Both the position numbers and the translations under genes were made by a program. A model generated the notes under the pieces. That model was not told the origin of the DNA and ran no database searches. It worked only from the letters and a program-made list of their open reading frames with translations. A stretch of 64,000 bases of DNA from Lama glama (lineage: Eukaryota). The stretch spans positions 34,350,001-34,414,000 of the forward strand of contig CM052817.1 in NCBI GenBank assembly GCA_028534125.1. Reading direction: 5' to 3'. Positions 13,490-26,004 of the stretch are shown here, one piece after another (position 1 is the first letter of the stretch; each line of letters starts with the position of its first letter).

Positions 13490-14050
13490 TATATTGATAG
13501 ATTCTCCCTTTCTGGGTACAGAAGACTTAGAAGTCAAGTTATTACTGACTTCAACAACAACAACAAAAGACTTTTTATTTGTTTGTATAACAAACATCCA
13601 AGTCATTCTGACTTGAAGTATGACTGGGCCCAGATACTCACATGGTGCCATGAGGAATTAGTATCCATCCCTGGCTCTTCCCTTCACATTGGATTTCTTC
13701 TCTGGAAGGCTATTCTGTGGCAGCAAGATGGTGTCCAGCAGGTCTGGGTGTACCTGCTATCAGTTTAGTAATCCCAACAGAAAGAAATGGTCCCTCTCCC
13801 AAGAATAAGTAAGAGGCTCTTGAGGAAGAGGCTCAGGACTGACTCTGTCTGTTCTGGCATTGGTCAAGGGCCAACCCCAGGATTAGTTTCTGTGGCTAGA
13901 GGGATGTGGAGTTCTCACTGGTTGGAACTGAGTTCCCACTAGAAACAGAGGGTAGTACTATCTCCATCCAAACCATAAGATCAGTGTCAGGGAGATGTCA
14001 CTTTCCAAAAGAAAGAGCCAGACTCTGTGCAGAAGAAGGTCACTGGACAG
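13490..14050 (-). mobile_element. Old MaLR LTR (MLT1K/L-like)
   Basis: ggcagcaagatggtgtccagca, tgtggctagagggatgtggagttctcactggttg and similar motifs; same layout as the copy at 55.7-56.2 kb. Confidence 0.6.
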
Positions 14051-15199
14051 GCATTCTTCACTCAGACCTTGGTGAGGTTTCATTAATTCATTTTTCCCCT
14101 AGTCCTTTTTTTCAGTATTGAGCTCCTCAGCTTCTCAGTCCAACCCATAAGTAAAAATTACGTTCATTAGATCAGTGCACCAAACACAATAAAACAGGAG
14201 CCAGTATATCAACAAAGGAGTTCTTTTCATGAGATTTCCTGGCTAGTCTATAAGACCCAACAGCCATCTACAGGTAATAGGAAGCATCAAAACATTATTC
14301 ACCCAAACTCCCCCATATTAATTCTGAAGCTTCCACGTTACTGGTATAGAGCCAACTCTTAATTATTAAATTCAGAGACTATGGGAACCATGGATTAAAA
14401 CCAAAGAGTTGTTTAAGCCAACAGATTCTCTTTCCCAGATAAACCTTCACCCTAGCTGCAGGGAGCAACTTCGTGGACTAATTTGACTTTCACATCTGGT
14501 GGACCTGCTCCCACACACACACCTAGATAGGTAATACACTCCTTGACACACAGAGTCTGATTAATCCATATCAACTTACCCCAGATGCAAAAGGGGAGCA
14601 TTTTATCATTTTGGCAAAAAGACTCAATTAACCCCAAACTCATAAAGCCAGTGGTGAATATCAAATCCAAAAGCTGACATTTTAAACTGAATTCCTTCCT
14701 GCCCTGCTCCCATCTCCAAGTTAGTCAACATTCCCAACCCTCTCTCCTACCATCTTCATAACATAAAATCACTTCCTTCTTCTCTATCCTTAATTATTCC
14801 AGAAGTTTCTATAACCACCCAAGCATAAATAGATCACCAGTGAGAAACAGTAGATGAGAAATGGAAAAGGTTAAAGATGGAACCGTGAAGGGAGGAGGAT
14901 GTAGAGAGGCCAGCTGGTCAGAGAAGCTGGCGGGGACCTGGAGGAGGTTTTCCAGAGGAGGGCACCTGGGAAGGGGCTGTCGGTGGCACCCACTTAGTGG
15001 TCAGCTTTATTTCATGCTCGCGTCTTCTCACCCCACTCACTCCAAAAGCCAAATAAGCTCATTTGAATCATAAGAGGCCTTCTCCATCCTCTCTTTTGGA
15101 AATATTGCAGACTGAACCTGGTTTGATTGCCAGCAAACTGTCCGGTCTTGACGTGGTTTGTGCCGCTGCCACTGCTCCCTGCTAACGCTGATTCAGGCC

Positions 15200-15360
15200 A
15201 CCTGGGTGCCAGGCACAGCGTCAGATGCTGGACGCCAATTAGTTGGTTCAGTCCTCACAATTATTACACAGAATGGGATACTTTTGTTATTTTCCAGATG
15301 AGGAAATTTGGCTTAGCTTGCCCAAGGTTAACTTGTTAACAAGTAGCAGAGCAGTGACAT
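15200..15360 (-). mobile_element. MIR fragment
   Basis: gggtgccaggcacagcg ... tcctcacaatt ... ccagatgaggaaatttggctt ... ttgcccaaggtta. Confidence 0.7.
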
Positions 15361-15577
15361 CACACAAAAATGGAGAAGAGACAAGAAGAAACCTAGAAAA
15401 TTCACACATGGCCTAATCTGTTGTTCCATGATTGGACGATGTTTATATTTTTTAGTAAAGCTATGATTCTCTTTTTAGAATGTCTGCAATGCAAACACAT
15501 GGTTTTTAAAAAATTGTATAGATTGTATTCTTTAATGTAAAGCATGTTAAAACATTAGGAATAATTAAAACTACAGG

Positions 15578-15898
15578 GATTGGACGAAGGTGGTCAAAAG
15601 GCAGAAACTTCCAGTTATAAGATAAATAAGTACCAGGGATGTCAGGTGCAACATGATTAACATAATCAACACTGCTGTATGGTGTATGTGAACATCGTTA
15701 GGAGAGGGAATCCTGAGAGTTTTCATCATAAGGAAAACACTGTTTTTCTTTTTCTTTTACTTTCTATCTATATGAGATGATGGATATTCACTGAACTTGT
15801 GAGAATCATTTCATGATGCTGATATGTCAAATTATGATGCTGTACATCTTAAATGTATACAATGCTATATGTCAATTGTATCTCAAAACAGGAAGAAA
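15578..15898 (+). mobile_element. L1 3' UTR (L1MA9/Laurasiatheria-type), 5'-truncated, with TSD
   Basis: ggtcaaaaggcagaaacttccagttataagataaataag ... tatgtcaattgtatctcaa; TSD aaaactacagg (15567-15577) / aaaactatagg (15899-15909) after tt. Confidence 0.88.
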
Positions 15899-16509
15899 AA
15901 AACTATAGGAGTCATTTTGCAAGATCAACACACTTCTAGTTACATTAACTCAAAAGAAATACTGATTTTTTCCAGAAGCACAAATCCCTGTCTCAACTGA
16001 GAGAGAACAGAGACCCTATGGCAATGACTGGCTTGGTGGTTTAAGCTTAAATTCTGGCTCCCAAGAAAAAATCACACAAAAGAAAAAAACCATTGTGATT
16101 ATAGCCCTAGAAGGTAGAGTACAGTGGATTTCATGAAGCAAGATGTGGAACCAGGAGACTGGGATTGGGACTTCATGTTGGGATTAGGTGTGGGATTCAG
16201 GAGGAAGCTTTACCAGTTATGAGGACGATCATAATAAATATACATGAGACTGCATGAGATTGCAATAGGATGGTAAATGGGAAAATGTATTTGGCACCCA
16301 GTAGGTGCTCAAAAAATAAATTTAATTTAAATTGTATATACATCTGTCCTTTGACCCAGCAATCCCACTTCTAGGAGCTAACACCTCAGAGAGAAAAGCA
16401 AAAGGACATAAAGATGTATGTACAAAGGTGTTCATTAAACTCTGAAATAACAAAGAAGAAAAAAATTGGAATGGCTGCCTAAGCTGTGATCCGTCCGTGG
16501 CACAGTGGC

Positions 16510-16760
16510 CGCACATGTGAGCGATGGAGTGAGTTGTGTGGGTGACAGAGCAGAACTGCCTGAGCTGGGGTCCTGGCTGCACTAATGGTGAAGGATCCCA
16601 GGCAAATCACTCTCAATGTCTCCGTCTCTTCCCTCTATAAAATGGGAACGAGAAAAGTGATTCCCTTAGAGGATTTTAAGGATTAAGTGAGTTATACTTG
16701 GAAATGTTTAGAAGAATAAATAGCACATAATAAACTTTGCTAAATGTCAACTATGTTATA
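16510..16760 (+). mobile_element. MIR SINE
   Basis: ggcaaatcactc ... ccctctataaaatgggaa ... gattaagtgagttata ... agcacataataaa. Confidence 0.65.
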
Positions 16761-18474
16761 ACCACTTTTAAAGAGGAATAATTCTATGTGCTGATGGAGA
16801 ATCAAGTAAAAAACAGCAAATTGCATCCCATTCTGTTTAAAGAGAGTAGATGTATAAATATATAACTATATAACTTTATATATATGTGTGTGTGTGTATA
16901 TATATATAAAATTACACAGTTACCAAAGGAAATGAGGGGAATACACATCTTTTTATTTCACAGTGTTAACTCAAGAACATGGAATGAGAGAAGACTCTCT
17001 TCTTATATAATTTAAGAGGTCAGATTATGAATGATTTTTTTCTTTCTCATCTTTAAATATTTCTCAAAGAGATAAAAACATTGATGGTACTTGAATCTGA
17101 TGTTCTATTGGAAAGGAACCCCCTCCTTTCCTTAGTTTGCAAAACAGACGTGAAGGCTCCTTATTTCCTAAAGGGTCTGAGGAGCTAAAACAAGGGGCTC
17201 CCGAGGGGTTTTTCAACATTTCACAAAACCTAGGAAGAATCACCCATTTGGAAGAAAGTGGTTTAGGATTGCCTGAGCATCGCGCGTCTCTGCTCGTGCC
17301 CCAAATTACATTAATTCGAGGTGATAACATGGACTACAGCAGGCTAAGACACTCAGAGCAGTAGTTTTCTTTTTCACAAATTACGATTAATTATAAACAG
17401 AAAAACAACCCTTGGCTTAATAAATGCTGCTAGTCATGCAAAATCTTTCAAAACACGGAATTCAGTGGATTAAAAGACAGACGACCAACAGGCCAACAGA
17501 GCTTCACTGTTGGCTGGTGGTGCTACCATCTTTGAGAGGTTCCAAAGACCTGTAGGAGGTTTCCTTTATTGAAGCAAATGAAAGCAGCCGCTCCTGCCTG
17601 TTCCTGCCTGATACTAAGAACTTTTTAAAGGCTTCGAGTCGGGTAGCAGTTTTTGCCAATTAACAACTTGATGGTCTCCAGGTCCAAAGTAACCTTGCCG
17701 TAACCTCTCACTTATTTCCACCAGACAGGGAGTAGTTGGTAACACACTTCAGCTGAACAGCAGCTCTGTCCCTCTCCCGTAAGTCACCTCTGGCCCCTCT
17801 CTCCTGGGGCCACGGCCCCAGCCTCTGCCGGTTAAGCCCAGCGTGTCTGAACGTTTAGTCATCACTTCAGAGCCACTTTTCCAGGAAAAGGCTATTGTTC
17901 CTGCGCTTCCTGATCACTTACTTCCTGTCATTTTTTTTTTTGAAAGGGAAAGAATAAAGACCCTCCTAAAATCACACAGGGTTCTGCTCAATTTCACAAT
18001 TGTAGTTCACTGGATTATAATTATTTACTTGATTTGGGGGCCATCTAAATATACGATGACTGGCTTACCCTAACCAACAGTGTGCCTGCGCTGTGGCTAA
18101 CTCCACACGGATCCCCAGTGCAAGCGTCACCTTTCCGTTCACAAGTCCCTGCGGCTTGCAACTTATTTTGCTCCAAGATGTCAAAGCTTGTATGAGTCTC
18201 CACTTTATCAATACTACCCCATGATCCATTTGATGAAGTAGATAATTGGGTACTGAAAGGGTCAACCCCTTCCCTAGCTGGAGAGGAGGTGACAGGCATA
18301 TGGAAACCTGGAAATAACTACCCCTGCCCCACCAGCTCCTGCCCTTCCCCCAACTCGCACAAAGATAATAACTGGGTCAGAAGACTGAGGCTTACTGCCC
18401 AGAGGGACTGAGTCACTAGGACGGAGAAAATGAAGTGGGAGCTCGGGAAACCAAGAGCCTGGGTTTGAAACTTG

Positions 18475-18483
18475 GCGCATGCG

Positions 18484-18528
<45 letters not shown>

Positions 18529-18645
18529 ATGTACACACACACATAGACACAAACACACAGATACACACATAAACACACACACGCATATATACACATACAC
18601 ACAGACACAGATATACACATACACACACATACACATACACACACG
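18475..18645. repeat. (GC)n-(CA)n alternating purine-pyrimidine microsatellite
   Basis: gcgcatgcgcgcgcgcgcacacacac... followed by degenerate CA/TA repeats. Confidence 0.95.
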
Positions 18646-18649
18646 TTTA

Positions 18650-18860
18650 AAGGCTTGCTGAGTGCCAGGCACTGTGCTAACTACATACACTCCCTCAGTT
18701 AATTCTGACACTACCCCTTCCCTGGGCAGGTACTTTGGGGAGGGGAGGGGTAGATACTTTTACTCCCTCAATTTTACATATGAATACACTTGTTCAAGTT
18801 CACACAGCTAGTAAAGTAGTTCACTCACGCTTGTCTGACAGCAAAGCTGCACCATTAACC
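18650..18860 (-). mobile_element. MIR SINE
   Basis: gagtgccaggcactgtgctaa ... ttgttcaagttcacacagctagtaa. Confidence 0.7.
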
Positions 18861-18867
18861 CCTCTAT

Positions 18868-19000
18868 TTGCTGTGTGATTTATGAGTCACTTGACCATGT
18901 GGAACCTCAGTGTCCTCATCTGTAAAATGGGAATAACAAAGCCTATAAAATCCACTTCCATATTGTGTTGAGAATGAAATGAATGTAAGTATTTACCACA
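18868..19000 (+). mobile_element. MIR SINE fragment
   Basis: gctgtgtgatttatgagtcacttgacc ... cctcagtgtcctcatctgtaaaatgggaataa. Confidence 0.8.
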
Positions 19001-19479
19001 CCCAAAGGTCATTTCTCCTCCTTATCTCAGCTTTGGTTTGCTTCTAGGTAAAACCATTAAACCACCAGGTTATTGCAAGTCAATTCAATTACGAGAAAAC
19101 ATATGAAAAGGCTTTGAAAATGACAATCTGCTACACAAAATTAATAATTATTTTTCTAAGACCTATTTTAAACAAATACATATGACTAGGTAGTATAAAC
19201 TAACCACATAGTTTGCCAGTTATCAGCTTGGCAAAGATACAAATATTTGATATTACCTGTGTTAGGGAATTAAGGAGTGTGGGCATAAATATATGCTGAA
19301 TAATTCCTCTAAGGAGACAAACTTGACAACACTTGTCGAAACTAAATGCAAATAAATACTCTTTGATCTAGTTAATCCAACTGCACCAGTGTGATACATA
19401 AAAGGCTATTTATTATTCCATCATCTGTGAAAATTGGCAGGAGAAAATTAGAAACAACCTAAGTGTTCACCACTAGGGT

Positions 19480-19760
19480 AAAATAAAATGCAAGTTGCAA
19501 ACGTGAGCCACTTGTGTTAATTTCATTTCTTCTATTTGTTACAAAGAAAGAGAAAAGAAACAGGTAAAAATGCACTTAAGAATATCCAAAATATTATCAC
19601 TTCAACATGCAATCAATACAAAAATTATTTATGAGATATTTTACATGCTTCCTTTCATAAGTCTTTAAAATACAGTGTGTGTTTTACACTTACAGCACAG
19701 CTAGTTTGGACAAGCCACCTTTTACGAGCTCACTGCAGCCACATACACATTGGCACACAT
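19480..19760 (+). mobile_element. MER33-like hAT-Charlie DNA transposon relic
   Basis: aaagaaacaggt ... tatccaaaatattatcacttcaacatgcaatcaata ... gtgttttacacttacagcaca ... agccac. Confidence 0.8.
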
Positions 19761-21179
19761 GGCGGGGTGTCCCCACCAGACATCGCAGGTATCCTAAAAA
19801 GGAGAATCACTTTTCCCTCTGTACTTTCTCGTGTTTTCTTACTTTCATGCCTTGTGCATGTATTGCCTTCTCACAATAAAGTGAATAAAATAATTTTTAT
19901 GGCAATTCTTTACAGTAACTTCTTAATCACCCTGGCATACAAACAGGGACAGATGATTCATACAACGTGAGGCTAATTGTCAGCAATGAATGACTCTTTC
20001 CTATTCCTTTACTCTTGTCATTGTTTAGTCATTTAAAGGGTCTGTCTCAGAGAGATGACTGCAGAGCCCTGGTTTGCCACTGAGAGAGTGGAGTCAGGCC
20101 AGGGAAATAGTTCTAAACTGTGGAAATCTGTCAGATTGGAAAGGGGTTTTGTAACTCATTTATAGCCGAGTAAATGGAACACACAGAGATCCTACCTGGT
20201 GGGGATTCTCTAGAACATTCCCATTGTGAGCTCAGAGAAGACTCATGGCAGCTCACAGAGCAGGAAATCGTGGGGGGCACATGAAGGCAAAGACAGGAAG
20301 CCGGGAACAGGAAGGGCAGGTGAAGAAAGATGAGGTTTCCATAAACAGGAAACAACCATATGGCCCCTTTACCTCTTAGATCTTATGCGGAGACAAGAGA
20401 AGAACCCCACTCCCAACCAGGAGAGAGGGGACCTGCTGTCCCTGTCTGGCTTAATTATGGTAAATACTCAACTAGACTCAAGTGAGGCAAATTATCTTCC
20501 TCTGATTCCTTCCTGTGCGACAAGGCGGGGTTCTTGGGCGAGAGAAAGAGCAGGGTGGATTGGTTGGTAGAAAGGAAGGGGACAATGAATGTGCCAGGGA
20601 GAAGACTTCACAGAAGTCAGGGGACATGGAACCCAGGAGAGAAGGAGCCAAGAAAACAGTCGTGGCTGGGGACAAAGATTCAGCCACCAGGACATTTACC
20701 AAAGCATCATTCATGACCCAGAAACACTGAAGACAGTCCCAGTGTTTTCATTTGGGGATCACTTGTGATAAAATTCAAGGGAAAAACAAATTATAAAGCA
20801 ATAGGACACTATAATTCCACTCTTAAAAATAATCATACATACACATACATACACTCACACACATATGACTGGACTGGACGGATATTCATTAAAATAAAAG
20901 GGGAAGTGGTGGGACGAAAGGTGTTCATTTTTCCTTTTAGCTCATCTGTATTTTCCAGATTTTTTGACAATGAACGTATGTTCATAGCAATAATAATAGA
21001 GTGAAGCCCCAAATGTATGTCACAACCATTGGATACACAGAGAAGAGGTAATTTATTTGATCTGTAATTAACCCATTGTTCTTTACCATAACCGTTTGTT
21101 AGAGGGGCAACATCACCTTTTCATCCTCTCTACTTTAAAATAGTTCAATCCAGTACATTAAATAGCCCCTCTAATATAT

Positions 21180-21733
21180 TCACTGTCCAGGATGGTAGCC
21201 ACTAGCCACTTGTGGCTATTTACTTTTAAATGCTAATTAGTTCACATTTAAAATTCAATTCCCCACACAGCTATATGATTTGCTTTCCCTTTTAATTCTT
21301 TAAAATAATTCTCAGAAAAAAAAAAGTTTATTTTCACTGCCCTTTACTCATAAATATTTAAGCTCTCTTCCTAGATATCCCTAGAGATAAAATAATTAAA
21401 AGTTGATTTTTATCTTGTATGTGTTCTATGATTTTGAAAATGTAAAAATATATGCAGGAGAAAAGAGACTCAAAGAGAATATACAAACAACTTCATATAA
21501 GGGTGTAAGGATAATGAGTGGTACTCTTTTCCATTTTAAATTCTCCTTTCATGTTGTTAAATTGTTTTTTACTATAAAAGATAATTATTAAAATTGAAAA
21601 ATATTTCATTTTCTCAGGGTCACTGGGCACGTTTCAAGTGCTTAACAGCCACACGGGGCTTATGGCCACCATACTGGACATTTAGAACATCTGCATCATT
21701 GCAGAATGCTCTGTTGCACAGTGCCGCTCCAGA
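21180..21733 (-). mobile_element. MER3 hAT-Charlie element split by a ~325-bp AT-rich insert
   Basis: Left half ctgtccaggatggtagccactagccacttgtggctattt (21180-21263); right half tttcaagtgcttaacagccac ... tagaacatctgcatcattgcagaa (21590-21733). Confidence 0.75.
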
Positions 21734-22989
21734 TAATGCTCAACCTCAGATTTCTCAGCCCTCCGGCCTCTCCCTGGCTGGGTGGGGTCTGAGTGAGGTC
21801 TGGAGGGGCCTGGATGTGTGAACAAAGGAGTATGACTTCCCCTCTTCTTAACTTTGATGAGCAGGAGCCCCGTGGCCTGGTGCTGGTCTTCAGTGAGCTC
21901 AGTCTGTGTCAACTTTGGGGTCCTTCAACAGTCTTCAGGTACCCAAACAAGCATCCTCAACTTCCTGACCTCAGCGTTCTTACAGAGGCCAAGCCTCCAT
22001 TTGTTCCACTGACATGGTCCTCCAGTCCACAAGCAGGTCTGAGAGGGGTGAGGAGGAAGCCAGCCAGCCTCCCTCAGTTGACCACCTGCTGTGACTTACT
22101 CTGCAGCCCAGGCCCATGGGGCTCTCTGGACCGCCTACCACTCTAGCCTCAGTGCCTCAGGAAACTGGGAACTCTGTTCCACCAGAAGCCTCCCTCAGAT
22201 CTTAAGTCCAAAGGCCACCCATTTTTTCCAGTCTCTGACGCACTGAGGGCCTCTCTACAGAGAAGACAATTGGCCCAGCTGTGCCCACAAAGCCGGACAA
22301 GGCCCCAGCCCTCAGGCTCCCTGAAACTTCTCTGTCTGCTTTTCACACATAACGTCCCTCAGAAGTTACCTCCCAGAGGGGACAGGTGCCTGCTTCTCAC
22401 CTCTCCCCTTCCTCCCCTGCCTGCTTCTCTTCCCATCGCTCCTCAGGGCTGGGAAGGGGTGGGATGGTCCTCCACTGCCTGGTGTTACATGATAGAGCAA
22501 CAAGCCTAGTAGCTGGGCTTTCTCATCCCCCGCCGAGAAAGCAAGGCCTTTTCCTCTGTGTATTTTAGGGGGAAATGAAGGAATTTAGAAAAGCCTTCCT
22601 CAAAACAATAGCTGTCTTCAGGCAGAATGCAACTTTATTTGTAAGTCAGGAGGGACTGTTACTCGCACCTTTGTCTTTGCATTCTATACGTAAGGTTTCC
22701 AACCTCCACGCCCTCCACTCGCGTTTTCCCACCCTACCCACCCAGGCAGATGAATGCCCGGCCTGTCAGACCATGGTCAAGGTCATTTCCTCAGAAAGAT
22801 TAACCCAAAAAAACACACGAACAAGTTCCAAATCATCATACTAGTTATAATGAGGAGGAAAAATGTTAATTAAAAAATTTTATTACAGTTGTTGGCTTGG
22901 ATTAATCAGAAACTGTCTTTAGAGAGGAGGCAATAACCAAGGTCATTTTTTTGGATGTAATTGATGGGGGGGTGTTCGAATTAATGTTA

Positions 22990-23200
22990 GAGAGCTGACA
23001 CTCCAAATCTCTACTACACTACTTACTCTGTGACACTGAGCAAGTTGCTTTACCTCTCTTGGCCTCAGTTTCCTCATCCATAAAATGGAAATAATAATAA
23101 TGTTATCATGCATTATTGTGAAAATTATATGAGATTGTGTATGCAAAGCACAATATCTAACAACACAGTAGCCACTCAGGAAATAGCCCATGATAATCCT
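22990..23200 (+). mobile_element. MIR SINE
   Basis: ctgtgacactgagcaagttgctttacctctcttggcctcagtttcctcatccataaaatggaaataata. Confidence 0.9.
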
Positions 23201-24276
23201 ACGACTGAAAAAGAATAACAGAAACAACATTAAACAGAGGAAGTCTCATAACAGAGTAATAGTAATAGCCTAACTCCTGCTTTTCAGTGCAGGATTATGG
23301 TTTAAAATGGTTATAAGTGTAACCATTAAAGGAAGTCTTGGATTATCTTCAGAGATGGGGAACTCAGTACTTCCAAAGGCGACTGACAATTGTCTTTTGA
23401 GTTCTGATGGTTCTAATTCTTTTCCTTGCATTATGTGTTAATTTCTCTCACTACAACTTTTCTCTCATTTAGTCTTTAAAAAAAGTCATGATAATTCAAA
23501 TGACCCAGCAGTTTGTAATGTGAAGTATTATGAAAGTTTGTAAAGCAAAGCATTAATTCTCCCGCTACACTGCACCAAATTCCATTCCCCAGGGGTACCT
23601 CTTCTTAACAGTGGTCTTTCCATTCTACTTACTCATTTTCTGTTTATACACAAAGTATATGCATGCATTTTTACATAAATGGGATCAGACTGTATACATA
23701 CCTCTGCCACCAGCTTTTAAAAAATGTAGTAGCATATTGTGGATGGAGTCCCACACCCTGACACAAGGGCTGGCGGCACTGCGTGTATGGGACACAACTA
23801 CCTGAACACGGTTCTCATCGGTGGGCCTCTCGCTGGCCCTTGTTTGGCCTTCTGGTGCCACTTGGAAGAGTCCTGATGGTTTGAAAGCATTTATCTCAGT
23901 TACCACTATCACATGAGAGCTTTCTCTAAGCGAAGCATCCCATGTCCCTAATGGTGTTCCTCATATAACGTAGTTCTAGAAACTTCCAAATATACTGGAG
24001 CTTCTCTGGGTCCCAGAACCTGACAGAATGTCCAGGACGGCTGCTCCGGCCAGCGCAGAGCGCAGGGAGCCGTGCCTAACCTCCAGCCAGAGAGCTTGCC
24101 AGGCGGCCCGTTCCCTTGTCATTCATAGTTCTGTGACTTTCTCTTCCACATCCGAACACTTTGGAGAGTGCAAAGTACACTCACTGGATGGGATATGGAG
24201 ACTATCCAGGACTATTCAAGGTGGAATAGAGAACTCTTCGTGTGAAATTGAATGTTAACTCAGAATGTTAAGGTAT

Positions 24277-24453
24277 GGCAGTCAGGGTATAGCTCAGGGG
24301 TAGAGTGCATACTTAGCATGCCCAAGGTCCTGGGTTCAATCCCCAGCACCTTTCTAAAAATAAACCTAATTATTTTCCCCTACCACCCCAACAAAATAAA
24401 ACAATTAAATAATACAATAATAAATAAATAAAATATTTTTAAAAAATAAATAA
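24277..24453 (+). mobile_element. Vic-1-type camelid tRNA-derived SINE
   Basis: Pol III A box tagctcaggggtaga, B box ggttcaatccc, A-rich tail; TSD aatgttaaggt at 24264-24274 and 24454-24464. Confidence 0.9.
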
Positions 24454-24594
24454 AATGTTAAGGTTTTTCTTCTTATACCAACTGCTTTTAAACCAAGCTC
24501 CAAAGCTACAATTATTCATCAGAGATTGGCCTCTGTTGGGGGTAGATCTGATTTTTGAAAAGAGCAAATCTTTATCAGATAGAGCAACTACTCT

Positions 24595-24670
24595 AACTTC
24601 TTTTTACAGGTGAAAAATTAGGCCCAGAGAGGTTAAGAAACTTATGTAAAGTCATTCAATTAATTAGTGA
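24595..24670 (-). mobile_element. MIR fragment (host of the L1 insertion)
   Basis: ttttacaggtgaaaaattaggcccagagaggttaagaaactt. Confidence 0.7.
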
Positions 24671-24680
24671 CATCTTTTTT

Positions 24681-25911
24681 TTTTCTTTTTAATCTGGCCT
24701 ATACATACATTTTGTCTAGCCAAAACATTATTTTATTTTATTTTATTTTTTTATTATAAAATGTTTTTAACATTTTTAATTGATTTATAATCATTTTACA
24801 ATGTTGTGTCAAATTCCAGTGTTCAGCACAATTTTTCAGTCATTCATGGACATATACACACTCATTGTCACATTTTTTTCTCTGTGAGTTATCATAACAT
24901 TTTGTGTATATTTCCCTGTGCTATACAGTGTAATCTTGTTTATCTATTCTACAATTTTAAAATCCCAGTCTATCCCTNNNNNNNNNNNNNNNNNNNNNNN
25001 NNNNNNNNNNNNNNNNNNNNNNNNNNNNNNNNNNNNNNNNNNNNNNNNNNNNNNNNNNNNNNNNNNNNNNNNNNNNNNNNNNNNNNNNNNNNNNNNNNNN
25101 NNNNNNNNNNNNNNNNNNNNNNNNNNNNNNNNNNNNNNNNNNNNNNNNNNNNNNNNNNNNNNNNNNNNNNNNNNNNNNNNNNNNNNNNNNNNNNNNNNNN
25201 NNNNNNNNNNNNNNNNNNNNNNNNNNNNNNNNNNNNNNNNNNNNNNNNNNNNNNNNNNNNNNNNNNNNNNNNNNNNNNNNNNNNNNNNNNNNNNNNNNNN
25301 NNNNNNNNNNNNNNNNNNNNNNNNNNNNNNNNNNNNNNNNNNNNNNNNNNNNNNNNNNNNNNNNNNNNNNNNNNNNNNNNNNNNNNNNNNNNNNNNNNNN
25401 NNNNNNNNNNNNNNNNNNNNNNNNNNNNNNNNNNNNNNNNNNNNNNNNNNNNNNNNNNNNNNNNNNNNNNNNNNNNNCCCCCTGGTAACCACAAGTCTGT
25501 ATTCTCTGTCTGTGAGTCTATTTCTGTCCTGTATTTATGCTTTGTTTTTGTTTGTTTGTTTGTTTTTGTTTTTGTTTTTTAGATTCCACATATGAGTGAT
25601 CTCATATGGTATTTTTCTTTCTCTTTCTGGCTTACTTCACTTAGAATGACATTCTCCAGGAGCATCCATGTTGCTGCAAATGGCATTATGTTGTCGGTTT
25701 TTATGGCTGAATAGAATTCCATTGTATAAATATACCACATCTTCTTTATCCAGTCACCTGTTGATGGACATTTAGGCTGTTTCCATGTCTTGGCTATTGT
25801 AAATAGTGCTGCTATGAACATTGGGGTGCAGGTGTCTTTTTGGAGTAGGGTTCCTTCTGGATATATGCCCAGAAGCAGGATTCCTGGGTCATATGGTAAG
25901 TCTATTCCTAG
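24681..25911 (-). mobile_element. Young camelid L1, 5'-truncated, with intact ORF2 C-terminus and short 3' transduction
   Basis: ORF 25579-25911 encodes [14 protein letters not shown]...[23 protein letters not shown]...HMRSLICGI (L1 ORF2p C-terminus); TSD tagtgacatctttttt at 24665-24680 and 25912-25927. Confidence 0.95.
24978..25477. other. Assembly gap, exactly 500 N
   Basis: N run. Confidence 1.
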
Positions 25912-26004
25912 TAGTGACATCTTTTTTAAGGAAAAAAAAATATACTGGGGAAATAGGACCAAAATTCTAACCAGCACCTGTTATGTGCCAGTCACCAGAC
26001 TAGT

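Noticed and set aside
17484..17521. Short hairpin gccaacag-agcttca-ctgttggc
   Set aside because: The 8-bp stem is too short for a pre-miRNA and is expected by chance.
18274..18711. ORFs rich in CV/HT/YV
   Set aside because: They are translations of the CA microsatellite.
24277..24350. tRNA-like A/B boxes (also at 53016 and 55347)
   Set aside because: These are SINE heads with A-rich tails and TSD-like flanks, not tRNA genes.
24806..25595. Long ORFs of 174-258 aa
   Set aside because: They are open only because of the 500-N gap; the flanks are L1 3' UTR.
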